NCBI RefSeq assembly: GCF_022045235.1
Contig: NW_027266286.1
Span: forward strand, 42,160,001 to 42,224,000
Reading direction: 5' to 3'
DNA length: 64,000 nucleotides
Origin: Haliotis cracherodii
Lineage: Eukaryota
The notes under the pieces are model-generated. The model saw only the letters and a list, made by a program, of their open reading frames with translations. It ran no database searches and was not told the DNA's origin. Shown in pieces: positions 38,288 through 52,260 of this stretch. The translations under genes were made by a program, and so were the position numbers. How positions within the stretch are numbered: the stretch's first letter is position 1; each line of letters starts with the position of its first letter.

Positions 38288-38944
38288 TTCCTGTAATAAA
38301 TATCATCTTTAATGTAACGATTACAATATGGTGACCTGGTTTCATTTCACTAATCTATTTACTATTAACCATAAAAGAGGCTCTCAAGTCAATATGATGG
38401 ATAAAGTTATACATGTCCATTTCAATTACGTGTTATTTTAAAAGGCTTTCCACTGAGCTGTGTTATTTATATATTTATTTATTTATTCTTTAAGCAGCTG
38501 ACGTATGGCACCGCCCCCCGGCAACTAAAATATACATTAATGAATCCCATGTACACTTACATACTTCCTATACATGCAGAGTATCTACTACTTAAAATGG
38601 CTCCATTTGGAATAGCAACTTGCATTGTAACAACAGTATATCGTATTCTTTGATTAAACTTAAATTTTCTTTTCAAACAAAGAATTATATTTATCAATTA
38701 AATATTGAATTTAATTTTTCTCTCCACCGTGGGCATTCCGGGTTAGAATAAGCGTGGCAACCTATGTTGGTCATAACATGCGACTTATTGGCTCGGGTAC
38801 TTGGTTGATTGTGTGTCATCGTACAATAAGGCGTGCATCGTTGCGCGCGATATCAGTCACTGAATTGTCTAGTCAAGATTCTAATGTTTACAGGCCGCCG
38901 TCATACAGCTTATACCAGTCCGAATGCCGATTATAAAGTATAAT

Positions 38945-39115
38945 CATTCAGACACCCCATTCAGATACAGTATACTGATTTTGAGCCGGCCAGTCCTTGT
39001 TTTAGCCGCTTAATGCCGAGCGCCAGGCACATTAAGAACAAGTACCACATTTGGTATGAAACGGCCGGGGATCGAACCGCCGACCTTCCGCTCTCCTGGC
39101 ACGGAGGCGGCCCGT
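38945..39115 (-). mobile_element. tRNA-derived SINE (family 4)
   Basis: Reverse complement contains ggttcgatccccggccg and tgcctggcgctcggcatt..aaacaaggactggccggctc. Confidence 0.6.
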
Positions 39116-39409
39116 TATATCCATGAAAAAGTTGTTGCATGCGTGATTTTAGATAACGTAGTGATGTGAACACGCCTTCCAAAGTCTTAATTGGTCCAAG
39201 GTTTGACATAAAATATGGACATTAGGATCTCTAAGTGCAACGCGTCTCGGTAGACCATTGACCGACTATAGTAAGTCCGAGTTGCTAACCTGCCACTGAT
39301 TATCGCTTGGTTGACTACCTTGTTTAGAAAAAAAACCCAAGAGTCCGGTAAAGCCATACATACGTCATTCAGTCTAACATGGATGTTACAATACATGATA
39401 AATACTCAC

Positions 39410-39570
39410 GAGACGGTCCAGGTTTAACTCGTGATCTCTACAACCTGCACTAAGAGCGAGAGTCTTTATAGTTACTTTTCATGGAATTTATGGGTGACCT
39501 TGACACTACTGTTCTAGATGTTTGTAGATGATAAGAAATGGCGCCGGTATGTAGGTGCGGTGATAGGGTA
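39410..39570 (-). promoter_or_regulatory. putative promoter and short non-coding first exon of copy D (TATAAA 39470-39465, GATA 39529-39535, donor gtgagt at 39409; 5' UTR intron 39409-38291)
   Basis: Homologous to the copy B promoter block; strong donor; acceptor ttacag|gaaATG immediately before the start codon. Confidence 0.6.
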
Positions 39571-41547
39571 GACAACATGTTGTGCAAGTCACTTTGTCCC
39601 TCCAACTTTTGTAGAACGACGAGCTGTTATTACATTATCACTGAAACGCCAATTCCTTTAGACGACACGCATTTTATCTGTCAGATCAGCACTGTTTAAA
39701 AAACCTACGCTGACGATTTTGTATTGTTCAAATATTTCTTAATATCATTCTGTTTGTTTGTTGTTTAACGCCGCGATCAGTATCATTGCAGCTATAAGAC
39801 GGCCGACTGTAAATAATGGAATCAGGGCCAGATAATCCAGTGATTGACATCATGAGCATCGGTCCAAGCAATAGGGGTGAGATGCTTTGTGTTCCCGATG
39901 CTCCAAACGAAACAACAAAACTAAATTAAACAATAGAGCTATAAAGCGCTGTAACTCACCTGAATTGTGAAACAATAATTTGATGACTTTTCAATTTTAT
40001 TGTGGTGACACAAATCTGTAGCGCGTAAAAGAAGCAAATATGGTGCCATAGCTTCTTGGAAAAAGAAATCAATGTTTGTAGAAGCATCGATTATGGTATC
40101 GATATTTAATGCAAAAACTTTCTGCGCCTTGTGATTCTTAATTTTAAAAAACCCTAGGTTTAATTGAAGAATTTCTAACCCAACAACTTTTAACGAAGCT
40201 GCAATTATTTGAAATATTCGATGTCTTCATTACCAGGAACATATGTGACAAATTTCATCTTCATTTGTCAAGCAGTAACAGCGGAGAAGTTAAAGAGCAT
40301 GCTAAAACTGCAAGGGTCGTGGTTACTGGGGATAACAGGGTCATGTGCCATATAAATAGTCCGTCACAGAGAAGAGATCTCCACTATTAAGGCCTATATC
40401 GGTCCCTTGCTCTTGATTCGACGTTTTGAGTAGGACTAAAAATCTTGAAGTGTTCGTCATCTATTACATATACTGTTTACTGTAAACTATTTGATACAAA
40501 ATAGGCCCGATTATATTGCATGGATCTGAAAAGTTCGCCCTAGAACATTTGGTATTCATTGAAAGAGTCCACTTCATAAGGATATACAATGTTTTTTAGT
40601 GTAAGATGTAGTACAAAAATGCTATTGTATATGATGAATGTGGAAGGTATAGCTATAGTAGTTTTAGGGATAGTAAAAAGTTCGCGTTAGTCAATGTGCC
40701 ATCTACATGATAACCTAGAAAATTATGTAATACGATGCTTCTCTGTGAAAATAAATTGGGCAACAAAAAGTAAAAACATGTAATATGAATGTGGATATGG
40801 TTATATTTTGCTACAGCAACATTTATGCCATTTGGCACAGACCTTAGAAAGACGTACATAAAAAATGACATGGTTCTTTGTTCAGTTGAAGAAAGGAAAA
40901 ACTAATTACTGCATTAGGAAAAATATAAATTAATTTTAGAATGGCTCCTTTTCGAGTATGTTGCAGTTCTTATGAGTTATGTATTAAAACAACCAGACAT
41001 GTAGGTATTTTAAGAGAACATTGACTTTAAAAAATATATAAAAACGTTTGTGGTGAAGATGAATACCACAATCCACGTGTCAACATAATCTGTAAATTAG
41101 TGTGACGGTACAGAAACTAAAAGAAATTGTATCATGGTATGAAACGAAGAAGTGTAAATTTATATCACACCCCAGACTATGTACTTTTGGCCTTTGGTCT
41201 CATGAGTTTCATGTACAAAGAGTGATGATTTGACTAAGGGGCGACAAATACACTTGTCAAAAGGGCCTAAATGATGGCCCATGTCCGTGGACTGTTTGGG
41301 CCTGTTTGACCATGTTTTGCTATTTTCCACTTCACCACAAGATTAGTATGGTGAAATTTACCGAACAACTTTCCCTTATGTTGCACTATCAATTTCTCTT
41401 TGAAGTTTTGTCTCTATGGTAACCATATCCAAAAATCTATTTGCCATTGTCCCCCAATATATGCATATAATTCTATGAAATAAGGCTAGTGTGCGACGGG
41501 GTCTAAGATCTGCTTTTCCAATTTTGCACCTACTTCGACATATTTTT

Positions 41548-41670
41548 GTCAACCAAGTCAGCGAACCTGATCACCCGATCCCGTTAGTCGCCTCTTACGT
41601 AAAGCATAGTCGCCTTTTACGGCAAGCATGGGTTGCTGAAGACCTATTCTAAACCGGAACGTCATGGGTG
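41548..41670 (-). mobile_element. family 1 short retroelement, 5' part with duplicated hairpin
   Basis: Reverse complement: ...tagaataggtcttcagcaacccatgcttgccgtaaaaggcgactatgctttacgtaagaggcgactaacgggatcggg. Confidence 0.75.
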
Positions 41671-42257
41671 GATTTAGCTACTTCGCATAACTAGCTTAGG
41701 TTAGTATGAATGTGCCCACAAGCTGATTTCACATACATATTCAGAATTATGTACACACAAATATTACACCTATGCGCCATATCACATGCATCTTACCACA
41801 TTTCTCCACATGCAAGCTGAGACATAGCTGATTTTATAACTCTTCGTATTTTTCGAAATATACAGTGAACTATTTTCCATCATTTTCGGGAAAATTCCTT
41901 TCGTGCAAAAACATCCAAGCCACACCAAAGTGTTGACCGGGGGTTAAAAACAAACCAACATAGAATGCAAAGCACTCAAACGGACAGAACCCTTTACAGC
42001 CATCTCGTTAAAAAGTTTACCAGTTTATTTTACTGACAGATGAACATTGTTTTCAGACACATTTTATATACTTTATGGACCGTTCACCTGAAGTAATAAT
42101 AAGTGACATGCTGGTTAATTTAGCATTCATGCTCTGGACAACACTCGCGGTTGTTAAAAATGTATTTCGTCTGATGACCTGGGAATATAAAAACAATGAC
42201 ATAAGACATTTTGATGGAATTTGTTTAATAATGTCAAAATTGAGGAATATATCATTA

Positions 42258-45200
42258 TCATGACTTTAAATCAGTTTGGACAAACTTGGCTGTAACAAGA
42301 GCAACTGAAGAAACATGTCCCGCTGTCATGTTGTTAGAGAAGTGAATCTGTACTTGGTTAGGCCCGGTGGCAAACAGGGAGGTTGGGACAGCAAACTCCC
42401 AGACCTCCCAAAAGGTGGTACTTCCAATCATGTTGGCGTCATACAGCTTATAGAAAGATTCAAGGAGGTGGAGGTTGAAGGTAAGATATGATACACTGTT
42501 TGTTTCATTAATCGGCCAACTGGCAGAAACTCTCAGTCTGGCACTGTGATATTGACCATTTGGTAGAGCTATTACTGTTAAGGCGATATTGCCCTTGATT
42601 GATATAAGTGTATCAGCTCCGTAGTATGTGGTTTCATTGAGTGTGACATTAGGTAGTTGGTCTGAGGGGGTCTTGAATGTGAAGTGACATGTTGCTTCAG
42701 GAGAAAGTTCAACAATTCCCTGGGTTTTCTGGATATCGAAGGTTACATTGAATGTGATGACCGGGTACCATTCGTCCTTGATGGTGACGCAAGTAGCTTC
42801 TCCAATGGTTGGTTTGATCCAGTCGTCTTCAAAGTCTAGCTTGACCACCTGTGACTTCTGAGAATAGCTATGCAAGAGAATGACGGTTTCATTATGTAGG
42901 GAACTAGACATTGCTAACGGCGACACCATTCGTTCCTCTCCATCATACTGGCTGGTAGTTCTGATAAAGGAGTAGTCTGGCGTGAATTTGTACCAGAACT
43001 TGAAGACGTCGATGACACGTTTAGGTCGTCCTTGGTTAGTGAAAAGTTGCGAGTTGGGAAAAGGATATTCATTATTGGCTAAAAGAAACACCACTGTTCT
43101 GTCAATGTATTCCCTAAGACCTAGTTGGGTAAATCGGTGGGCATTTGAGTGGTATATTGTTGCAAAATCTACTATTGCTGATGGAGCAGTTGGGCTTATT
43201 CCTTTCACGATGTCGCGACCATACTCACTGATAACAATGGGGACAATCTTCCCTGTCTTCAGAGAGGCATAATTTTCAACCAGGTCGACAAATGCTACTA
43301 ACCTTGCTTCATTCATCCCAGTGAAATTGTGAGATTTTCCCGAAACTATAAGTGAGTTGTACGAATGAAAGGAAAACAAATCTAAATAGTCTAAAGTGAG
43401 GTCCATGAAATTTGCCACTGTTTTCCAGTCGGTAAAGTTGTTTCTGTCCGAATTTCTGGCGAAACCATCAAGTGTGGGACCAGTAACTTTTATGTTAAAT
43501 CTTGCATGGAGTTTTTCCGCAACTGATTTGTGGAACGTGGCAACTGTTGTGAAATTCAAGATGTTAAATTTGGTGTCCGGTTCATTCATGGGTTCAATGT
43601 AGGGTGGGATCTGTCCTTTGGTGAAATCATAAACTCCTTGCACCATCAACATCATGAACTCTGCAGCAGCATCGACGTTGTTGGGGAATTGACCTGCATG
43701 TTCGGACTGGTTCATCCAACTCGGGAAAAACAAACCTGTAAATAGCATGAGAAAAAACACGTTCGTAAATGAACACAAAAGAAACGGTTTTCAATACTTG
43801 AAGCCTCAAATGTATGGCCTAATTAAGAATGATATATCATTGCCAAAGTCATCATCGCGTCTTGATTTGTTCTTCTGATTTATGTGTTTCAGTTTTATTA
43901 TACTTAGTACTCTCCAAAAGAAATAGATTGTTCTCTTCAGAATTTTTATTATCAAGAAGCATAACATACCACATGCCTCTCGACCTTCTTGATCATAGTG
44001 TCTCCTGTTTTGTAAAGCACTTCATTTAGGCCAAAAATGGTATAAATCATTGGAGCGTGTTTTGTATTTTGAAAGTTCGCATCATCAGATAATTCCTTTC
44101 TACAAGTCACTATGTTACTATTGTATGTTATAATACGACCTTTTCTGCAATATCCTTACTTAAGAAAATCAAAAATAAGAGTTTGAGTTACAGTATTTCA
44201 GCCATATAGCGATTATCGGTGAGTGAGTGGTTTTACGCCGCTTTTGGCAATGTTCAAGGAAAATCACGGCGGAGAACACCAGAAATGGGCTTCACACATT
44301 GTACCCACGTGGGGAATCGAACCCGGCTCTTCGGCGTGACGAGCGAACGCTTCAACCACTGGGCTACCCCACCGCCCCTCGTGACTATCAAATGGTATGC
44401 ATAATATATACATTTAAACAATAAAAGCCTCTCAACAAAGGACAGTAAAATAACTAGAACTTCACAGATTTAAGTTTTAAACTAGCATACAACCATGAAA
44501 AGATAAAACTATATATAACAATATAATATAAAAACGGCCCATAGATCGCCAGCAACGAAAGGTATTTCACCATAATAGGGACAATGGGGACTTACAGTAC
44601 CTTTGATGCCTGTATGGACCCCAGCAGGATTTACATCATCCCTGTTGTCGATTATTGATCAATTTAGCCAAACATTAGGACAACACATGTGACAAAAATA
44701 AAACTACTTTTATAGGGGTGGTCTTACATACCCTCGCAGGGGGACAATACGTTTACACTACTTCAACCTCCTTCGAGGACACAGCCTCTAAGAATCTCAG
44801 TTATCAAATTATAAAAAAATAGTCCTTGATTATATCCAAAACATGTCAATCAAAATGTCTTGACCAATTCTATTTCTTTAAAAAAAACCACCAAGAATTA
44901 AATGAGAACTGATATAATTGTTAAAAATATCATTTAGGGATGAAACTTTTAGTTGTCCCTTGTGATGGAAAATAAACATAAATAAACAATATATTGCCCG
45001 CTCATAAAGGAAGATATTCATTTGATGTTGTGAAACAAATATCAAATGAAACCGTTATGTACAACATTGTATCCTGGTATATTTGATAACACTTGTTTGT
45101 GTATTGGACTATTTCGATATATTTTGGTATTTTTTCCCTTTTTGGCTTTGTGCATTGATACTGTCTTACCTCTCGACATCATGATCATGTCGTTCTCATA

Positions 45201-46615
45201 ACCACTGTTAATGTTAGCAAGGTACAAGGAAAACAGTTCCTTCTGCTTGGTGGCATTCTTCAAGTAGCTGGGATCTGGGTAGCCGCTACGGTTCGGGTCC
45301 TCTGGCCACTGAATTGAATATTTATTTTATCAAGTAAACATCCAGTTAGGAGAAGAACATGATGTGTCTTAAGGAGTTATTAAATATTCACACCAAGAAA
45401 ATACAACCGCAGCCTATTTCTAAGTATGTTCAAACTGCTGTGAGGCTTTGGTGACGTCTCTGCGGAATGGTATGGCGTCATACGCTTCCATGACGACTTT
45501 CACCCAGCTAAATCTGAAAAGCAGTTTTTTCTGACAAGTATTAGTCACGCCCATTAAATAACGAATTCTAGTTCCCATGTCCAATGTCATGTTTCCAAAT
45601 TTGGATATGATACCTATGAACTGAAGTAACCATACGCAATGAAAAGTTCCTTACTACATGTAGTTCAAATCACATTTAACAGCGTGTTGCAACCAATCAT
45701 AACGCGGCACATGCCCCCATTTGTTTTGCAATGTATGTTAGCATAAATATCATGTCGGCAGAATAACTAAAATCACACGATGTCACACTTCTTCTTATGT
45801 TCAGTGGTTGTGAAGAGACTGAAGGTTTTTTTACATGCAATAACGTCCCGTGGATAAACAATTACTGATTACATTACTGACAGGTCTTTAACAATTGCCA
45901 TTTACACTGTATTCTGATTTGTTTGGCTGTATAAAGTTATAAAAAATATTCCACTTAGTGACATTTTGTAAACATTTGTCAGTGCATATTAACAAAAACA
46001 TTTATGTCAACCTGAACAGCAGCGAAACTATGGCATCAAGATTTATTTGGTCATTCTTATTTACAGTTGTATTGACATTATATTTTCATTTCTGCTGTTG
46101 CATGTGGGCTATTGTTTGAAAGTAATTGTCTGTCAGTTCAGTAGCTAGGTTTAGTAACACGTGCCTGCACAGCAGAAAAATATTTTTGCAACACGATATT
46201 TTAAGAAATATTGAAGTTCTTCCTGTTGTTTAGATCTCATTTGAAATGAAAAGATTATAAATAATAAAGTATAATCGTCACTGAACTTTCAATATTAAGG
46301 TCCAATATCTCTATAAACAAATTGAATGTATTATCAAGTAAGTAGTATCTGGTATTATGTATGCGGTGATCTTACATCTTCGAAGAGACGATAACTAAAG
46401 CCATTGTTATTCCAGCGCCCAGCGTCAGTCCGAAGGTTCCGACATTCGGGAATAAGGGACTCCTGATCAAGGCTATTGTGCTTGTTCCACCTGTTACTGT
46501 CATAGCGAGCACTGCCTCCCTGTGCCAACCATTGAGAATGGATCGTCACTGTCGTGTCGCTGCACACACCGCCTATTGACAGGCTCAAAGTGAAATAGGC
46601 CAGCATCCATTTCAT
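42258..46615 (-). CDS. secreted GH86-like beta-porphyranase/beta-agarase, copy E (618 aa); exons 46615-46376, 45308-45170, 43735-42258
   Basis: Signal peptide MKWMLAYFTLSLSIGGVCS; canonical splice sites; open 1857-nt frame; YIEPMNEP, DLFSFHSY, PIVISEYG. Confidence 0.87.
44178..44975 (-). mobile_element. 3' end fragment of an I-group LINE in intron 2 of copy E, with a nested family 3 SINE (44219-44378)
   Basis: Matches 21151-21800 (ggggacttacagtacctttg, aggatttacatcatc, aattctatttctt). Confidence 0.75.
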
Positions 46616-46678
46616 TTTCTGTGAATTGTAAAGTTCACTGGATTGTGACCTTGGCGTAGTGTCGAAGACTATATATCG

Positions 46679-47220
46679 CAATCTTCCCGAGGCAAAGGAG
46701 TTAACTGACTATAAAAGTCCAGTTTCCACCCTTGCCGAACTAGGCTGGTATTATGGAGTTACGTTTTGTCTGGACTAACGAGTCTATGAATAGTCTAATC
46801 AAAATCGCGCACCGAAATCAAAATCAGGTTCGTAAACTGTCGTGCAGATTTCGATCGATTGCAGGGTTTGCAAAGCATGTGCATCGCCAATTCGTTGTCA
46901 GCAGATATTTTCCAAATCCTTTCATGTTTTTAATCAAGGTGCTCACGTGATTTGATGCATTTCGCGATGACCCGTTTTATCACAATACAGATCTTGATTT
47001 TCGATCAGATCGTCCTGACTGGGCGCCACCATTTTGTGTGAAGCAAACGCAAGTGATACGAGAGGTGGAATCTGATTGGTCCATAGGAGAGGCTTAGAAG
47101 GGACATAATTGGTAATAGCCACTGGGGGGCGCAACGATCGAGCCCAGTATTCCAGCCTAGTTCAGCAAGGGAGGAAACTGGACTTTTAAAGTCAGTTAAC
47201 TCCCTTGCCTCAGGAAGATG
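46679..47220. mobile_element. MITE with ~70-bp TIRs and 8-bp TSD (atatatcg), P- or hAT-superfamily-like
   Basis: Left end caatcttcccgaggcaaaggagttaactgactataaaagtccagtttcc..; right end ..ggaaactggacttttaaagtcagttaactcccttgcctcaggaagatg. TSD at 46671-46678 and 47221-47228. Confidence 0.88.
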
Positions 47221-48364
47221 ATATATCGTTAACTTGGACATGGACTAAACGATGCGAGATAGATACTTCTCTCTAATTTTCATTATCACCATCATTATTA
47301 TTATCATCATCATCATCATCAATCTTTTACGGATCTGACTATTGATTTAAGGCCAACAGGCAGCATATGCATACAGTTGTTCAAATAGTCATGTATTTTC
47401 GCAAATACAACATGTAAAACAGTGGACGTAATGATATGAACGTTTTTTATGGATAACAACTTCTCTATTATTTGTAACAACATTTCAGGGCTACATCCTG
47501 TCACCTTATCAGGTGAATATTGAGTATTTGTATGTGAGTTATTATATATACCTTCTGATATGTGCATTTATGTGCATTTATGGTAGGATTAATGTACAAA
47601 GGTAATATATACGCAGTCACAGTGCACCTGAAGTAGTCCTGAAACGTGCTATAGTGAATTCTTTGTTATTTCAGACACAAAAAGGTTCATATCTTTCTGT
47701 TCTTCAAACTTCTAAATGCCTTTTGAAAACCAACATAGACGTAGATTATCAGCAGGTTTCTTGGTTCCAATAGCAGGAGTTGTCAACCACAATGGTCGAC
47801 ACACACGCTACCAGGCTTTACGACTTGGAAGCCTTGTAAACGTAACAAAGGGAATCTCTTGAAAACTGCAGATGCTTTCCTTTTTAATAGGAGTTCATAC
47901 ATGGAGATAAAGCAAGTCTGACTGGAACAACTGCGTTGTCTTAAGGAAAGAACGTGGCAATCTCTGGCATTCTTTTTGTCGGATCACATACGATGAGAAG
48001 ATATCATAGCAATGTATGTAACTGCATGGCTCATTTAAAAAATAAACAGTTCGTCTTACAATCCGACCTATCCTGGTAAATTGAGTCAAAATTAGAAAAT
48101 GGATAGGTAATTAGCATTTTGGAAAGACAACACTTAGAATGATTTGGGGGCCCAAAACCAGAACCATTTTCTTCTTTTATACACGTGAGCTGCTTTGAAC
48201 GCACGATTCGTCAAAGGTCACGTTCCGGGTGGGTCATGATTTAGTTTCCAACCATTATCTTAACTTTCTATCTGTGCAGTTTCTAAATATAGGGATACAT
48301 TTACGCAATTTTCGATCTTTTGGGGAAGCATGTTCTTTACAATGTAACACTATTAACAGGTAAT

Positions 48365-49065
48365 GATACCTTGTGTAATAGCAGCTCATTCTTCCCTCAG
48401 GCCACTGCAATCAATATACCCATTTGTAAATACTCATCAATGCATATTAGAATGGACATATACCGTCAGCCATAATAGCAGCCATAATGTGGCGTCGAGT
48501 TTGGTATATTCTCTATCTTTGTCAATGGTAAAGATGCTGAAATGTTGAAATTAATTACGAACATTACAAAATTCAATATATTCTTATTTAAAAGATTTGC
48601 TTTTATTTTTGTTGTAACATGCTTGGCAATATTCTTCATGTTTTTTCGCACTTCGACATTTCTGTCAGTTCATTAGACATCTAATCATGAAAAAACATGA
48701 CATTGTGTCTAAAGTACTTCAAATATATTTTTTGTAGGCATTCTAAGACAAAAATGGATTTGTTTTTTTTCTTGATATTGATGAATATGATTTTAATCGA
48801 AATAGCAAAGGGTCACCAAGGGTCTTAGCGAGCACTACCTCCCTGTGACAACCATTGGGGGTGGATCGTTACGGTGGTGTCACTGTATACACCGCCTACT
48901 GTCAGGGACAAAGTGTAAAAGACCTGTATATACGGTGACCTGGTTTCATTTCACTGACGAAACTTATTTAACATCAACTATAAAACGGACTTTCAACATT
49001 GTCATTTATGGCTTAATATGATTCAAACAGTTACACTTGTCAATATCAATTACATGTTATTATCC
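48365..49065 (-). pseudogene. relic D-like family member (intron 1, 5' half of exon 1 at ~48826-48922, 5' UTR intron); leftover non-coding exon at ~50140-50205
   Basis: tagcgagcactacctccctgtgacaaccattgggggtggatcgttacggtggtgtcactg encodes SDTTVTIHPQWLSQGGSAR. Flanks match copy D 38325-38440 and 39365-39430. Confidence 0.75.
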
Positions 49066-51825
49066 CCAATCACGAAGTCCGTCCGTCTGTCCTTCCGTCC
49101 GCTTCATAAAGGGGACAAATTTTCTCAAAAACTATTTAAGTTAGAGAAATTAAATCATACACACTGATATTACTGGTCATGATCTTAAATGAGTTCGGAA
49201 ATTGGTGTCTTTAATTAATTTATACAGAGTTATGACCCTTGCTAGTCTTCTCAGGAACTACGGACGTTACATGAATGAAATGCAAGCAAGGTACTTGTCA
49301 AGACTGAGTTCGAAAATTGGTTACGTAAAAGATTTTTTCCAGGGTTAATTGCATCATAGTTTTTAGATATGGAGCATGCAGAGTTACGGCCCTTGATCAC
49401 TGATATTTTACAAATTGTCTTTTGACATAAAACGATCCGAGTGCCTTTAACTTCTTAAGGCTTTATAAGACTTTATTTTCTCTACTACATAAACAAACAA
49501 AATTCCCATCGTGAAAGCGATAACGCTGTTTTCTTGTGGGTTTTTTCACTGAGCTGTTTTTATATATTCTTTAATCAGTATATCAGTATATCCTTTGCAT
49601 TTATATGTAAACCCAATCGATTCAGAAGATATAATAACTTTGACTGCCCAACAGTACTATTTAAATCTGTTTCCTCGTTTACATATTACTTGACACGTGT
49701 GTTGCAATCTGTAAACCGGAGCACGGAGCTGTCAATGAAATCCGACTACAGTAATCAATATCTTCAAGAAAATGTACTGGTATGTAGTTTCAGATACTGT
49801 GATGAAGTGAACAAGCCTTCCAAAATCGTATTTGTTCAAAGGTTTGACATCAAATATGTGAGACAGGATCCTGAAGTGCTACGAGTCTCTTTAAACCATT
49901 GCCCGACAATACTAATTCTGTGTTCCAAACCTCGACGGTCATCTCTCGTTTGACAAGCTTGTAAAGGGATGAAAACCACAAAAAACATTTTTATGATCAT
50001 AAGAAAACTCTGCTAAAAGCAGAGTCGACTTTATGATTTCGACTGTATCATGAGCATGTGTTTATGAATATATATATATATAAATAAGAAACAGATGAGG
50101 CAGTTTCACGTCTTTCAGTAAAGCCAATAATGTTTAGCATACATCATTCAGTCTGACATGTATATAACACACATACTCACGAGACGGCTTAGGTTCAACT
50201 GGTCATTACTAAAGCTTCCGACAAGATTATCAACAACTCTTATCAACAACTTAGTGACGTCAAGTTTTCATATTACTCTTTGCCATTATGGTCGTCGACT
50301 TAGCGTGATAAAGCACATCAGATGTTGTCCATGTGTACTGGTTATGTCCTTAACTCTGACGAGATGGTATGTTCTGGGTCCTTGTTAGGTGATTTTTTCT
50401 GGATCCGCTAAACCTTATCTGTAATATCGTTAGTCTGTCTGCACTGTTTCACATAAATAAAAAGCTACAAAACCATTCAATAAGAAAGCTCTGCATAAAG
50501 CAGAGTCAATTGTACGATTCCGACTATATCATTAGCATGTGTTCATAAAACTCTATCACGTAGTGATGATACCAGGTGTTCGCAAAAACGTACGCGTGTC
50601 CTGCCCACCGATGGCAGCTGTCACAATCAGGCGATTCTGTTTACACTTACACTCTGCACTGACAAGACATCCTAGTTATTGCCTCTGGCTACAACTTAGA
50701 AATTTTCCATTTCAAGATTTCTCGTGAACTCGAATATTACCACAGACCCTTAATCAATTTGTCTTACTATTTCGCTGCACTACTGTGAACTTTGTCAACT
50801 TTTAAACTATATATTGGTATGTTGAAGTGGAATGTATGTATGTACTCGAAGTAGAAAATATTCGTCTTCACGAGTAAGTTCCTTTCCTAAAATGGCCATG
50901 TCTGGAGGCCGTGTCAAGGAGAATGATAAGGCGTCATGTCACGGACTATGTCATGAACAACAGGCCGCCATCTTGACCTTTTATTTAACGGAAGGCGTTT
51001 TCTCAGCTCTTTTTACTCAGCATATTACAACCGTACAAGTACAATCTACTCAACACGTATGCATGAGGAATGTTTATACTTGTTAAAACAAACATGGATC
51101 TATGAATTGTTAAAACAAACATATTGTGAAGTGAAACAAAGTACTCTCATTAAACCTAGGGCCTTCCCGCCGAAAGAAATATAAATCGATAGATGCATCA
51201 AGTTGTCTAAACATACTTATCTTTTGAAAAGTACAGCATATTTTTTCATAAGAGATTGTGTAGGGAGACTTCAAACAATCCATAACTAATTTCTCTTTTC
51301 TACCAAAACAAAGATGCATAATGCTCAAATGCTGTTTAAAGTTTTAGAACTTTTAACGACAACGAGGGCTCCATATCCCGGGCATGTAGCCCTGAAATAG
51401 ATCTAAGACAACCATGTGTGTCGTAGCCAAATAACAGGCAATTATATGCGAATTGGTCACCGAAAACTAACATTTGCAATAGTCTTGTGATGGTATCAAA
51501 TTTGAACGGCTCAAACATGTCAAAACTCAAATAGAAAAGATTGGAACATCCAAGCTTATCCTGTTACGTTGTAAGAAGTAGGTGGATATATATTGGTGGT
51601 CACTTGCCCTGGAAGCGAATGGGTGAGAACAGGAAAGGATGTTATTCGTGTTTCTGAGATATTACCTGCTCCTCATCAACCGCGATATACAATGTGCAAT
51701 TGTATCTAATTGTATTTGCACAGATATTACAGAGGATAGGGATCGACAATTTAATATTAGGGGGAGGGGGTGTAATTTTTTCAGCTTCAGCTACAAACCA
51801 TCACGGACGGTGCTGTGAGGTGAGG

Positions 51826-52260
51826 TGGCACAAGTTTGGATGTGATAATGTGAGTGAGTGAGTTGGGTTTAACGCCGCTTTTAACAGTTTTATTGCGGCG
51901 TGTCAGATTAATGTGGGAGGAAAGCCCGAAGTGATGCAGTTCTCAGAAGAAGTTTACCATTTCTGTGAAACCCACGAGCACGGGTTAAGTGCTGACAAAC
52001 CTAGAAACATAATAGAGGCGAACCGGGATTCGAACTCACAATCAAAGGTTTCTAGTGGGCCACCCGTGCCCCGGATGTGATAAGGGCTACTCGATGTTGG
52101 AGAAGAAAACTCGGACCAGGTTATATGATGTTGTAGCTAACAAATAGTTAGGAATACCAAACCTACAAACTTCCAATCGGTGTCGTCGCAAAACTTGTCA
52201 ACTCAAAAAGCTTATAGAAAGAAGATGTGGAAGATCATAGATTGTTTGTTAGATTGGTTG
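51826..52260 (-). pseudogene. highly diverged relic of the exon 3 C-terminus, split by a family 2 SINE (51849-52072, TSD ggatgtgataa)
   Basis: caagtttggatgtgataagggctac..tgttggagaag..accaggtta..caaacttccaat..aaacttgtc..agcttatagaaaga aligns with the last ~200 nt of exon 3. Confidence 0.6.
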
